From IMG/VR virus record IMGVR_UViG_3300008110_000081: DNA of 64,000 nt; one strand, written 5' to 3'. The stretch comes from an uncultured virus (IMG/VR IMGVR_UViG_3300008110_000081). Lineage: Duplodnaviria; Heunggongvirae; Uroviricota; Caudoviricetes. The notes beneath the pieces are model-generated. The model saw only the letters and a program-made list of their open reading frames with translations, ran no database searches and was not told the DNA's origin. Position numbers and translations under genes: made by a program. Below are positions 37,462 through 46,672 of the stretch, piece by piece (within the stretch, counting starts at the first letter, position 1; every line of letters begins with the position of its first letter).

Positions 37462-37503
37462 CCACCTGTCAGTCACGTTATACCAACAAACCGTGACATT
37501 ATC
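37429..37503 (-). ncRNA. Candidate 3'UTR-derived antisense sRNA
   Basis: Hairpin GTCACG-GTTTGTTGGTATAA-CGTGAC plus terminator; complementary to leader motifs of six genes in the window (see findings). Expression not shown. Confidence 0.45.
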
Positions 37504-37785
37504 TTATGGTGCCGGTGGGCAAGGTGCATAGGTTACAGTAAAAGGAGCTCTTGCTTCTGTTGATTCTTCAGGTTCACACAATGGTTGTAAGTAACCCTCA
37601 AATTCAATATTGTCACAATCTGGTGGTGTAATACCTGTTGATATTACTACACTACATGCTCCAACAGTAGGTGTACATGTTACTAATGAACATACATATG
37701 GACTTGGTGATCCAACTATGTGCCAACAAAGTCTATACTGTCCTAAAAAGTATGTACTTGTAAAGTTTATTGTTAAGTCAATCAT
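37504..37785 (-). CDS. Small Cys-rich putative virion protein (93 aa)
   Basis: Tightly packed last ORF of the Cys-rich block; beta-rich with several Cys. Confidence 0.65.
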   Translation of the reverse strand: MIDLTINFTSTYFLGQYRLCWHIVGSPSPYVCSLVTCTPTVGACSVVISTGITPPDCDNIEFEGYLQPLCEPEESTEARAPFTVTYAPCPPAP

Positions 37786-37787
37786 AA

Positions 37788-38333
37788 TTAAACAGTTAAA
37801 GGTTTAGTAGTAAAAGATATTGTAACTGATCTACATCCGTAATTACCATCACAACCCGTTGTTACTCTTACATAGTATTTAGTATTAGGTGTTAATCCCG
37901 TTATGGTTGCTGTATTAGTTGAAGAAACTGAACTTGTCCATGTTATGTTATCAGTACTATATTCAACTTTATAAGTTACAGTAACAGAAGGTACAACAAT
38001 AGCATTCCAATATAAGGATACACTTGTAGTTGTAACATTTGTTGTTTGTAAATTAACAGGTGATCTTTTACATAAATCAGGATTTGTTACACAGTCTTTG
38101 TCAATAGTTGTATAAATAGCTATTTTTTGTAAAATAACACATAAAGGGTCACCTGTTTCAATACCCATATTTACAATAGGATCACCGGTATGTATAATAC
38201 AACAATCATCAAATGTTTCTGGACAAGCTGATGGTGGTGGACATGTTACTACATCACATGAGCAAGGTGCCGGCGTTGTTAAACCGGTATCTCTGCATCC
38301 ACAATTTTTATTTTTACAAGTATTTGTTGTCAT
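37788..38333 (-). CDS. Cys-rich protein with C-terminal fibronectin type III domain (181 aa; start revised to 38333)
   Basis: MTTNTCKNKNCGC start sits 2 nt after the upstream stop; FN3 signature PVNLQTTNVTTTSVSLYW..TYKVEYS..ATITGLTPNTKYYVRV. Confidence 0.75.
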   Translation of the reverse strand: MTTNTCKNKNCGCRDTGLTTPAPCSCDVVTCPPPSACPETFDDCCIIHTGDPIVNMGIETGDPLCVILQKIAIYTTIDKDCVTNPDLCKRSPVNLQTTNVTTTSVSLYWNAIVVPSVTVTYKVEYSTDNITWTSSVSSTNTATITGLTPNTKYYVRVTTGCDGNYGCRSVTISFTTKPLTV

Positions 38334-38335
38334 GA

Positions 38336-39892
38336 TTATGGTAAAGGTATTGATGCGGTTACTACTAAATCTGTTATTGCTAAACACGGATAAGCCAATG
38401 TTGTTACTTCTGTAAAGTTACAAGTTACTTCAGAACATCCTGTACATCCTGTTGTAACAATTTTAATACGTATGTTATAAGTTGTGCCATCAGTTAAACC
38501 TGTAAAGCTTCCTGTTATTAAACCACCTGTGGATACAACAGTTTGCGTTGAAACAATTGATGTCATTAAAGCATTCCACAACTCAATCGTATAAGTATAG
38601 TTACCTACAGGCGCTGTAAAGTTATAAGTAATTTGATCAAATAAAGGTGATGTAGTTACATTAGGACAAACAGCTTGATTAGATACATAATACTCTAAAC
38701 AAGATTCACAAGTTGTTCCTGTACTATTATCTCTTAAACAAGGCTCAACTTCAACTTCAAGATCCAAAGTTGTATTAAGGATTGTACTAGCTAAAGATAT
38801 AGCATATCCACCTAAGAAGTTTAAATTGGCAATCATGTCATAAGTAAAAGTAACTGAATTACCAGCACTATCTGTAACTTTCACAGTTGTATTCCCAGTA
38901 CATTGTGTAAAATTAGAAGGTATTGTACCATTTATATAAATGGTAAGATATTCAGTCACACTGTCAAATGATGCTATTAAGCTAAGAGATATACCATCAC
39001 AACCAGAAGGACAGCAATTAGCTTGAATATTTTGAATTGCAGCGCGCATATCACAAATTGTAATCCACAGGTTACCAACAGAGTCTGCTAAGTTATCAAC
39101 AGTATTATTCCATCCTAGTATAGCTGACATGGGTCCTCCTCCTGGTGCTAGTTTTGGAGATGTTCCTAAACCACTACACTGTTTTGCTATATTAAGATAC
39201 AACTCAGTTGGGGTACCGGTAGCATACTGCAAGTTACAAAATTGAGTTTCCAGTGCTGTTAGTACTAAATTCATATCCGTTGGTACGGAAGGCAATACAC
39301 ATACTGGTGTAATTAGTGGTGCAATATATTGTGTGTCTTCTAATATAGTAACTTGAGTTTCTAAATTACCTACTCTAGCTCCTACAGCTGCTACTGCAGT
39401 ATCTGTAAGATTATTAGAAATAATTAAATTACAAATTTTATTACCAATAGCAGTTACATAATCTTTTAACTGTAAAACAGTTACAGTATCACCTATACCA
39501 TTTACAAATTCAAAGCACGGTGCTATTGTCATTTCACAGTCTGGACAACCATCTGCAGGTACTGGTGGTGGAACTGGAAATGTACCATCACAAGTTGGTG
39601 CACAACCAGTACAAGCTTCTAAATTGCAAATCCTATCAATTAATAAATTTATTAATTCTGTAAAGTCACTAGGTAAGCAGGTTGTTAAATTAAAACATGA
39701 TATATCATATTTACCATCAGCTAGTGATAATATATCCTGTAACCTACACAATTCTGTAGCTACATCATATACAACATCACTTACTGTATCACCTTTACAT
39801 AAATTAATACATGCTATGTCTGGACCTTGCCAGATAACACAATTAGATGATATTGGGTTACATCCTGGATTATCGTTGTTTAATGGTTTCAT
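38336..39892 (-). CDS. Cys-rich fibre-like virion protein with coiled-coil and C-terminal FN3-like domain (518 aa)
   Basis: Many Cys; heptad-like VAAVGARVGNLETQVTILED; C-terminal FTGLTDGTTYNIRI. Confidence 0.7.
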   Translation of the reverse strand: MKPLNNDNPGCNPISSNCVIWQGPDIACINLCKGDTVSDVVYDVATELCRLQDILSLADGKYDISCFNLTTCLPSDFTELINLLIDRICNLEACTGCAPTCDGTFPVPPPVPADGCPDCEMTIAPCFEFVNGIGDTVTVLQLKDYVTAIGNKICNLIISNNLTDTAVAAVGARVGNLETQVTILEDTQYIAPLITPVCVLPSVPTDMNLVLTALETQFCNLQYATGTPTELYLNIAKQCSGLGTSPKLAPGGGPMSAILGWNNTVDNLADSVGNLWITICDMRAAIQNIQANCCPSGCDGISLSLIASFDSVTEYLTIYINGTIPSNFTQCTGNTTVKVTDSAGNSVTFTYDMIANLNFLGGYAISLASTILNTTLDLEVEVEPCLRDNSTGTTCESCLEYYVSNQAVCPNVTTSPLFDQITYNFTAPVGNYTYTIELWNALMTSIVSTQTVVSTGGLITGSFTGLTDGTTYNIRIKIVTTGCTGCSEVTCNFTEVTTLAYPCLAITDLVVTASIPLP

Positions 39893-39907
39893 TTTAACTC
39901 TTTATTT

Positions 39908-39917
39908 AATATACAAA
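39908..39917 (-). promoter_or_regulatory. Putative late promoter core TTTGTATATT
   Basis: Exact copy of the motif upstream of 39892. Confidence 0.45.
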
Positions 39918-39941
39918 TAATTTTTATAATATGCTAATTTA

Positions 39942-42911
39942 TTATGGCTGCTCTTTACATTCTTCTGTTGCACAATCTAAAGATAATGGCGTAATGACAG
40001 ATATAAATCCAGTAAAAGTTGGTACAGTTGTAGAACATATATATTTAACTGTTCTTGAATCCCCTGGTATTGTAATAGTCTGAACAACATTATTACAATC
40101 AGTGTATGTTAAATAACAAAATCTAGATGCTGTACATTCAAGTTTAACTTCGTAGCAAATACACGTGGGTACAACAGGTTCTGGAGGACAGTTGCAATTT
40201 TGTAAATTACAAGTATTACAAGGCTCCGGTGTAGGACAACAAACAAATTCAGTATTTCTGATAGAGTCCAAGTCAAGTAATTCTTTTTTAATTAACCACT
40301 TGTCAAATGATTCATCACAGCATACTGTTAAACCATATCTTGCAGAAAGCATTCTGTTATAAAGTTGATCTCCATAATTGCAATTTACTTTCTCTGTATA
40401 TTCAGGGGAGCAAAAAGGCGTAGTGTAACCAGGTTTAACAAAACGGGTATTTAATACTAAAGGAGGTTCTGGTTCTGGTTGTGGTAAACAAGCATCACAA
40501 TTAGGTTGTGATATAGTTATACAATTTTCTACATTTAATACATCTTGTTCAATACCATCACCTAAAGTAATTGGACCATAAGTACTGTTTCCATATACTA
40601 CTATTATAAGTTCACCACCCACAATAGTATAACCAAACACACCTTGATTTAAAGAGTTTAACCAATTTATTAATTTATTAACTCCAAAACCAGTAAGAAC
40701 AGTAGATAATACAACACCGTTAATTGTTATAGTAACATTTGTTGATGGTAATAAATTACCATCCCCTAACTGTAAAGCTTGATATATGCAACTTTTTGTG
40801 TAAAAAACACATGTAGGTAATTCACAAGTTTGAGGTAGCGTTAAATAATTAATACATATTTGTTGGTAATTAGCGCTACCCGCAACATTTAAAATTATAG
40901 ATCCACCACCACCACCACCACCATTTGTAAATTCACCTATACTTAATGCATTAAGATCATCAATTATATTTGGACCAAATGGTACATTATAAGTTACATT
41001 ATCAACAGTAATGTCAACACTAACCGCTGAAGGATGTATTGGTTTAAAAGAGTATTTACATATTTTTTGATCTGAATCAAGTGGTGGATAATAAGATATT
41101 ATCTCAACCTCACCACCACAATCATCACAGTTTTCTGCTTCTGAAACAATCCAGCATGTATCTTTACAATTTTTAATTGTTATTACACCACCTAAATAAT
41201 CTGATAGATCTGTACCTGTAACTAAAGTAACGTCAGGATCAATACAGCTTGTTAATAAATAACAAAATGGTGGACAATTAATACAATCTTCACAAGTTGG
41301 TACAGTATTAATACTTGCTGTAGCTACTTGCCATGGTATAATAATAGGAGTAGTAGTTACTTTTGTTATGTCAATCTCAGTAAGTTTAAAACAACCAGTA
41401 ATATCATTAACATTTGTAATTATTACAGATGCTAAATCAGATGGTGCTAAACCTGATGGTGAAACACAATTATATTTTAAAATAACTATTCCATTAATAA
41501 TAGCACTATTAACTACATAAGGCTCATCTGTACAACAATCATTTAATGTAAAATAATAACCTTTACAACAAGGACAAGAGCCATATGATGTGTTAAGAAT
41601 AACACTAATAGGATTATTAATAACTGTAGTTTCTGTTACTGTCCAACATTTATCAGATCCCTGAATACTTATAGTTTGACCAATAGCAGCAGATAAATTT
41701 GTGTAAGTTGTAATAGTATTAGATGGATCATTACAATCCGTTAATAAATAAAAGCAACTTTGACACTGTGAAGATTCACAAGTTAAACCTAAACTAGTTG
41801 AAAAATTTACTAAAGCTGGTGCATTAACCGTACCAGTAAGAGTTGTAAACTCACTATAAGCATAACAAATATTTGGATATAAGGTATTGCCAAAACCGTC
41901 TGCTATAGGTGACCCATTATAAATGTATACATTACCTTCTGATAAATATGGAGATGTTGAGCTTAACTTAAAATAAGCTGTAAAACCACAACAAGAAGTA
42001 AACATTACTGATTTTTCATTACACTTTTCACAACTTGCATAAGATTGTGATGGATAAACCGGAATAGGTGTTGGTGATGACAGGTCAGTTTCTGTAACAA
42101 TCCAACAAGCTGCTGAATCAGCTATTGTGATAACTTGACCTAAGTAAATTGATAAATTACTGTATGATATTATAAAATCTTCAGAATCATTACAGTTACT
42201 TAATTTATAAAAACAATGTTGACACTGATCTAAATTACATGATTCAGGATTAATACCTAACAATGGGCCAAAATATATAGGAAGAGGGGCATTAATTCTA
42301 GGTGGTGTAAAACCATCACCCTTACCTGATATATAATAACATTGACCAGGATACATAATAGTTCCCTCAGAATCTGCTATGGGCGGTCCGTTATAAATAT
42401 AAGTATCATTTACATTACCATATAAAGCTAAAGAACTAGATGATATCTGAAAATAAACTCTTGCACCACAACAAGAAATAAAATCCAAGTTCACATAGCT
42501 CGTTGGATCAGCGCATTCTATACAATCTGTATATGCACTACTAATAGCAACTGGTGTATTAGTCAAACATTCTTTTGCTGCTGCTACTTGCCAACAAAGT
42601 TCTGAACCAGTAATTTTTACAGTTTGACCTACATATGCGCCTAAATTAGTTGATGTATTAATTATGTTAGTTGAATTATTACAAGCTGTAAGTTTATATT
42701 TATACACTGATGTAACAACATAAGTAATCCCAGAAGGGGCAAAAACTATTGGAATAACACTATTTGCCCAAATGTGTACAATAGGTGTAATAACAGGATC
42801 AACGACAATAGTTGTTGGAACGCCTGAACAATCAGTATATTGTATAGAATAGGTGGAAGTAGTAGGTGTTGTTAAAAATACTTCATATCCAAAACATGTG
42901 CAAATAGGCAT
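39942..42911 (-). CDS. Very Cys-rich modular repeat protein (989 aa), putative virion surface/fibre
   Basis: Four copies of Y(K/L)L(T/S)xC..LxxxxG..CWxV and two of FxSCCG..YIYNGxPIAD..YPxxCY; Gly6 linker. Confidence 0.7.
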   Translation of the reverse strand: MPICTCFGYEVFLTTPTTSTYSIQYTDCSGVPTTIVVDPVITPIVHIWANSVIPIVFAPSGITYVVTSVYKYKLTACNNSTNIINTSTNLGAYVGQTVKITGSELCWQVAAAKECLTNTPVAISSAYTDCIECADPTSYVNLDFISCCGARVYFQISSSSLALYGNVNDTYIYNGPPIADSEGTIMYPGQCYYISGKGDGFTPPRINAPLPIYFGPLLGINPESCNLDQCQHCFYKLSNCNDSEDFIISYSNLSIYLGQVITIADSAACWIVTETDLSSPTPIPVYPSQSYASCEKCNEKSVMFTSCCGFTAYFKLSSTSPYLSEGNVYIYNGSPIADGFGNTLYPNICYAYSEFTTLTGTVNAPALVNFSTSLGLTCESSQCQSCFYLLTDCNDPSNTITTYTNLSAAIGQTISIQGSDKCWTVTETTVINNPISVILNTSYGSCPCCKGYYFTLNDCCTDEPYVVNSAIINGIVILKYNCVSPSGLAPSDLASVIITNVNDITGCFKLTEIDITKVTTTPIIIPWQVATASINTVPTCEDCINCPPFCYLLTSCIDPDVTLVTGTDLSDYLGGVITIKNCKDTCWIVSEAENCDDCGGEVEIISYYPPLDSDQKICKYSFKPIHPSAVSVDITVDNVTYNVPFGPNIIDDLNALSIGEFTNGGGGGGGSIILNVAGSANYQQICINYLTLPQTCELPTCVFYTKSCIYQALQLGDGNLLPSTNVTITINGVVLSTVLTGFGVNKLINWLNSLNQGVFGYTIVGGELIIVVYGNSTYGPITLGDGIEQDVLNVENCITISQPNCDACLPQPEPEPPLVLNTRFVKPGYTTPFCSPEYTEKVNCNYGDQLYNRMLSARYGLTVCCDESFDKWLIKKELLDLDSIRNTEFVCCPTPEPCNTCNLQNCNCPPEPVVPTCICYEVKLECTASRFCYLTYTDCNNVVQTITIPGDSRTVKYICSTTVPTFTGFISVITPLSLDCATEECKEQP

Positions 42912-42917
42912 AGTTAA

Positions 42918-43088
42918 TTATTTTTTTTGATATAGAACTTTTGTTGCTGTAGGATTTACCACAGGCTTGTTTCCTAAAGAGGCTTCATATGTTCCAATAC
43001 AAGTACTACATACAGCCATTCCGTTACTTGCTGTTCTTCTTTGACAGCCACAGGATAACGCTTTTTTACAATTTGAGCAAGTTGACAT
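42918..43088 (-). CDS. Small Cys-rich protein (56 aa, below ORF-track cut-off)
   Basis: Translated by eye: MSTCSNCKKALSCGCQRRTASNGMAVCSTCIGTYEASLGNKPVVNPTATKVLYQKK; CxxC, CxC, CxxC; fills the gap between neighbours. Confidence 0.75.
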   Translation of the reverse strand: MSTCSNCKKALSCGCQRRTASNGMAVCSTCIGTYEASLGNKPVVNPTATKVLYQKK

Positions 43089-43111
43089 TTTCTTTGTTGG
43101 TTTAAAGATTA

Positions 43112-43669
43112 TTAATTTCTACAAGATGAACATGTTAGCTTTTCAAGTAATTTAACAGCATAGTTATAAAGTTCCATACCTTTTCTTGGTTGGTTGCAAT
43201 ATTCCACATATGCTTTAGCAGCTTTTAAATACTGCTGGATAAATTGAAGCTTGTCTAGTTTTTGTTTTAATTGCACCGGAGGATCACATGTTCCTAAATC
43301 CAGATCGCAATATACAGCCTGAACTTTGTTCAAAGCTTTAGTTTCTCTTAAATGATTATATTCTACATAGACATACTCATTAGGAGACACACTATATTTA
43401 ATTATATAAATACCATCAGGTAAATCATTATAACTTGTACCACAATTAGCAGTTTGAATACCAAGATCACAAGCAGTTAAATTCAACGTAAATCCAGGTT
43501 GAAGATCAGGATCAGTAAACTGAACCGGTGTATTGAACCCAGGTAATGTTATTTGTAACAATAAACATTTAACAGGAATTTGACTATTATAAACACTTGT
43601 ATCTACTATACGTAATATACATTTATTTAGGGTATCGGGTGCTTCAAGACTTAATACGTGCTGTGCCAT
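43112..43669 (-). CDS. Putative structural protein (start revised to MAQHVLSLEAP at 43669)
   Basis: The longer track start lies inside a terminator hairpin; LPDGIYIIKYSVSP motif resembles a crAss tail/hub structural family. Confidence 0.6.
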   Translation of the reverse strand: MAQHVLSLEAPDTLNKCILRIVDTSVYNSQIPVKCLLLQITLPGFNTPVQFTDPDLQPGFTLNLTACDLGIQTANCGTSYNDLPDGIYIIKYSVSPNEYVYVEYNHLRETKALNKVQAVYCDLDLGTCDPPVQLKQKLDKLQFIQQYLKAAKAYVEYCNQPRKGMELYNYAVKLLEKLTCSSCRN

Positions 43670-43681
43670 TTTATATGAATT

Positions 43682-43723
43682 AAAAAAAAATGGAGAGGAG
43701 AGATTGACTCTCACTCTCCATTT
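43682..43723 (-). terminator. Rho-independent terminator
   Basis: Minus strand AAATGGAGAGTGAGAG-TCAAT-CTCTCCTCTCCA followed by a 9-T tract, just after 43744..45192. Confidence 0.85.
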
Positions 43724-43743
43724 AATTTAAGTTAAGTTATTTA

Positions 43744-45192
43744 CTATGGTGCTGGAGCTGGTGGTACTGGAGCAGCTTCATCAGGTATAATCTCACAACC
43801 ATTAACTAGCTCGTAAGTTTCTAAACCTGCGCAAGCTGGACAATTTGTAGACCATGCAGCTAAGAAATCTTCTAAATCACCATTTACACCTTGAGTAATG
43901 ATCTCTAACAAGTAACGGTCATTATCAAATGTACCAGTTGGATTGTTAAATCTTGGAACACTGTGTAAAATGAAGTAACGTGTATATAACGCATCACGGT
44001 CAATAGCATCAAGGATTTGATTACCTTGAGTAATCTCCCTGATACGAATATCTGTAGAGAAGAAGTTTTGTAAGTAAGACTCAGCTTTGATCAAGTCACG
44101 AACAACTTGCTCACCAAAGCCCATACCTTGAACTCCTAAACAGTCATTGTAAACACAAAGACCTTCAAATACGCAAGGATCACCGTTGTAATCAACTAAT
44201 GAAGCATATAAACGTACTGGCTCTTTTTCAAAGAAGTCAGTGATTTGGAAAGAACAGTTACCGAATTTAGTCTCAATATAAGCACCAAATAAACGCATAC
44301 CTGCTTCACATGAAGTACCATCCCAAACAGATGTGTCATAATTAGTCCACCATTGAGCTGGAGTAACTACTGTTTCAGTTCCATCATAAGTCATTGTTGT
44401 ACCTGGAGCATACCAAGCAACACCAGTAGTATCATAAACTACAGGAGCAACTAAGTCTTTTAAGTAGTTGTTTTGAATTAATGCACTTGCCCAAGTAATA
44501 TAAACTGTAGCAGGGTCAACATTAACTGGAGCAACAGCACCAGTTGGACAACATCCTGTGTAAGCAGATAATGTTTGGTAAGCATTATGGTTTAAGAAAC
44601 GTAATGCTGGAGATCCTTTGATGTCAATTCTTAAGTAGAAAGTCTCACCACATAAGAAATTGTAGCAGCAATTTGCTTGTACAGTTCCACCTTGGAAACC
44701 TTCAGCAGGTAATCCTGGGATAATTGTTTGTGGTGTAGTACCAATTGAAATTACTGATTGTTGAGGAACAACAGAATCTACACGGTACATCTTTTGTACG
44801 TAACGTGGATTAATAGTCTTAGACTTGTTAGACTCTTTGTAACCTCCAATGTATTGGTTTAATTTATCTTTGCTCAATAAAGAAGCAGAAGCTAAAACTA
44901 AAGGACAACATTGAGAAGGTGCTGAAATTGTTCCAGGTGTAGGTCCAGCAGGAGCATCAAACCAACTTGCATCAACTGACTCCCAAGTGTTAGGATCAAA
45001 GAATCCGTAAGATCCTGGTCCGTAATTGTTAGCAGGTGTTGTACTAGTTTGACTTAAAGCAACTGATGGTACACCAGCTGTAATTAAGAAACCGTCAACT
45101 AAGTTTGGGTTTGCATTGTAGTTAGGTTGTCCTATTGTAGAGGACTGCGTGCCAAGAAATATCTTGTTAAACGCGTGATTAAAATAAGCCAT
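43744..45192 (-). CDS. Probably abundant structural protein (auxiliary capsid/decoration-like, 482 aa)
   Basis: Own A-rich leader and terminator, like the MCP gene; position downstream of MCP and ring genes. Specific role is inferred. Confidence 0.55.
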   Translation of the reverse strand: MAYFNHAFNKIFLGTQSSTIGQPNYNANPNLVDGFLITAGVPSVALSQTSTTPANNYGPGSYGFFDPNTWESVDASWFDAPAGPTPGTISAPSQCCPLVLASASLLSKDKLNQYIGGYKESNKSKTINPRYVQKMYRVDSVVPQQSVISIGTTPQTIIPGLPAEGFQGGTVQANCCYNFLCGETFYLRIDIKGSPALRFLNHNAYQTLSAYTGCCPTGAVAPVNVDPATVYITWASALIQNNYLKDLVAPVVYDTTGVAWYAPGTTMTYDGTETVVTPAQWWTNYDTSVWDGTSCEAGMRLFGAYIETKFGNCSFQITDFFEKEPVRLYASLVDYNGDPCVFEGLCVYNDCLGVQGMGFGEQVVRDLIKAESYLQNFFSTDIRIREITQGNQILDAIDRDALYTRYFILHSVPRFNNPTGTFDNDRYLLEIITQGVNGDLEDFLAAWSTNCPACAGLETYELVNGCEIIPDEAAPVPPAPAP

Positions 45193-45272
45193 TTTGTTTT
45201 TTGTTTTTTGAGTTTATAAATATATGAATTAAATGTACATAATCTTTTTCAATTTTGCAAGTTTTTTCTCAA

Positions 45273-45722
45273 CTATTTTAAGAAAATTAATTTGTACTTG
45301 CCTGAATTAATTGTTGACTTAATCATGTCTAAGTCATTTACTATTTCTGAGTAGGGCATTTTAGCTTGTAAGCCATTCACCATCTCAGTCATTTCTTTTA
45401 AATAATCAATAGCTTCAGCTACTGTATTTAAGGTTCTTGGTGCAGCTTCTTTGTATGTTAAAAGTTTTTCAGAAGCTCCTTGGAAACCTTCAGCTAAGTC
45501 ATCAGCATGTCCAGGTAGAGCATCATAAAGTTCATTGAGAGCTTTATGGGCAGCATAGGATCCTGATCCTGATACCTTTAAATGCAATTTGTGGATGGCG
45601 GTTGCAGCATTCATTAATTCTGATACACATGCAGCTGTCATGGAATCTACTGATCCTGTTGTGGGAGCAGTATACTTAGCAGCTGCACCACCATCTCTTT
45701 TTAAAAATCTTTGTTGTTCCAT
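45273..45722 (-). CDS. Dps/ferritin-like protein (149 aa)
   Basis: HKLHLKVSGSGSYAAHKALNELYDALPGHADDLAE matches the Dps H-x(11)-H..D-x3-E ferroxidase pattern. Confidence 0.75.
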   Translation of the reverse strand: MEQQRFLKRDGGAAAKYTAPTTGSVDSMTAACVSELMNAATAIHKLHLKVSGSGSYAAHKALNELYDALPGHADDLAEGFQGASEKLLTYKEAAPRTLNTVAEAIDYLKEMTEMVNGLQAKMPYSEIVNDLDMIKSTINSGKYKLIFLK

Positions 45723-45727
45723 TATAT

Positions 45728-46435
45728 CTAGTTATTATTTTCTACTACTTGTTGTTGTCTTTGCATTTGTAATTGAGACTCAATATCACCAGCTATAATT
45801 TTAGCACACTCATCTATTAACAACTCTATCATATCTTCTTTAAAAGCAGACTCAACATCTACAGAAGGAATGAGTCCGGTGTAAGGATCTTGGACACCCG
45901 CAATTTGGATACCAACAGGTTGTGTATAATATGTTAATGTAGGCTCAACAATTTCAAACTTGTTATTTGTGTAAATCTGAACCTTGTTGTCTTGAAATGT
46001 AGCAAAGGTTTCAGCCCACTCAAAGCTAGGTTGTTTATTCTTATCTCTCAATAAAGTATCTACGTTAGCTTGTTCTGCAAGATAGACCACCATACGTCTT
46101 GCCTCACAACAGTCATTCTTACCTTTACTAGATATTCTCTTCCACTGTAAATAATTTGTAGGAATATCAGTGCTCTCATAGTAAAGACCTTTATCAACAA
46201 CAGATAAGTTAACCGTAGTAAGCAAGTGTTGTAAGTCATCAATACGGCGGGTTGATTGTTCATCCCCCTCTTTAACAATATTTAAACCATGAAGGTTTCT
46301 ACGGCACCAGTCTACCTGACCCTTATTGAAAGCTTCAATAACTTGCCAGTCTTGAATGTTATCGTAATCATTACTGGCTAGCTTGTTTAAGCGTTGTTTT
46401 ACTTTTATGAGTATAGTTGAGTTTAGCATTTCCAT
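45728..46435 (-). CDS. Head-tail ring/adaptor protein (about 235 aa; start may be 46429)
   Basis: LNKLASNDY..FNKGQ..EQSTRRIDDLQ..IPTNYL pattern of crAss ring proteins. Confidence 0.6.
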   Translation of the reverse strand: MEMLNSTILIKVKQRLNKLASNDYDNIQDWQVIEAFNKGQVDWCRRNLHGLNIVKEGDEQSTRRIDDLQHLLTTVNLSVVDKGLYYESTDIPTNYLQWKRISSKGKNDCCEARRMVVYLAEQANVDTLLRDKNKQPSFEWAETFATFQDNKVQIYTNNKFEIVEPTLTYYTQPVGIQIAGVQDPYTGLIPSVDVESAFKEDMIELLIDECAKIIAGDIESQLQMQRQQQVVENNN

Positions 46436-46671
46436 TTACGTAAAGCCTTGTTAATCCTTGAATCAGGATCTCTGGCTGTTTTTGCACTAGTTAATTTTTT
46501 CTTCATGCCAGACATACGAGCACAAAAAGAATCTCTTCTTGATCCGCCTTCTGGTTGAGGAGCTTTTAAGTTTCCTCCAGTTTCTCTGTTATAAGAAGCT
46601 CGGCCTTTAGCATTAAGACCCCCACTAGGAGCCTTACCTTCTTTACGTTGCCATGCTGGTGACTTTGCCAT
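46423..46671 (-). CDS. Small basic protein, DUF6321-like (82 aa; start revised to MAKSPAW)
   Basis: MAKSPAWQRKEGKAPSGGLNAKGRASY..RRDSFCARM..INKALRKWKC recalls a widespread phage family; start is 1 nt after the upstream stop. Confidence 0.7.
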   Translation of the reverse strand: MAKSPAWQRKEGKAPSGGLNAKGRASYNRETGGNLKAPQPEGGSRRDSFCARMSGMKKKLTSAKTARDPDSRINKALRKWKC

Positions 46672-46672
46672 A

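Noticed and set aside
40903..40923. (CCA)7 microsatellite as a phase-variation tract
   Set aside because: Triplet repeat encoding an in-frame Gly linker; slippage would not change frame.
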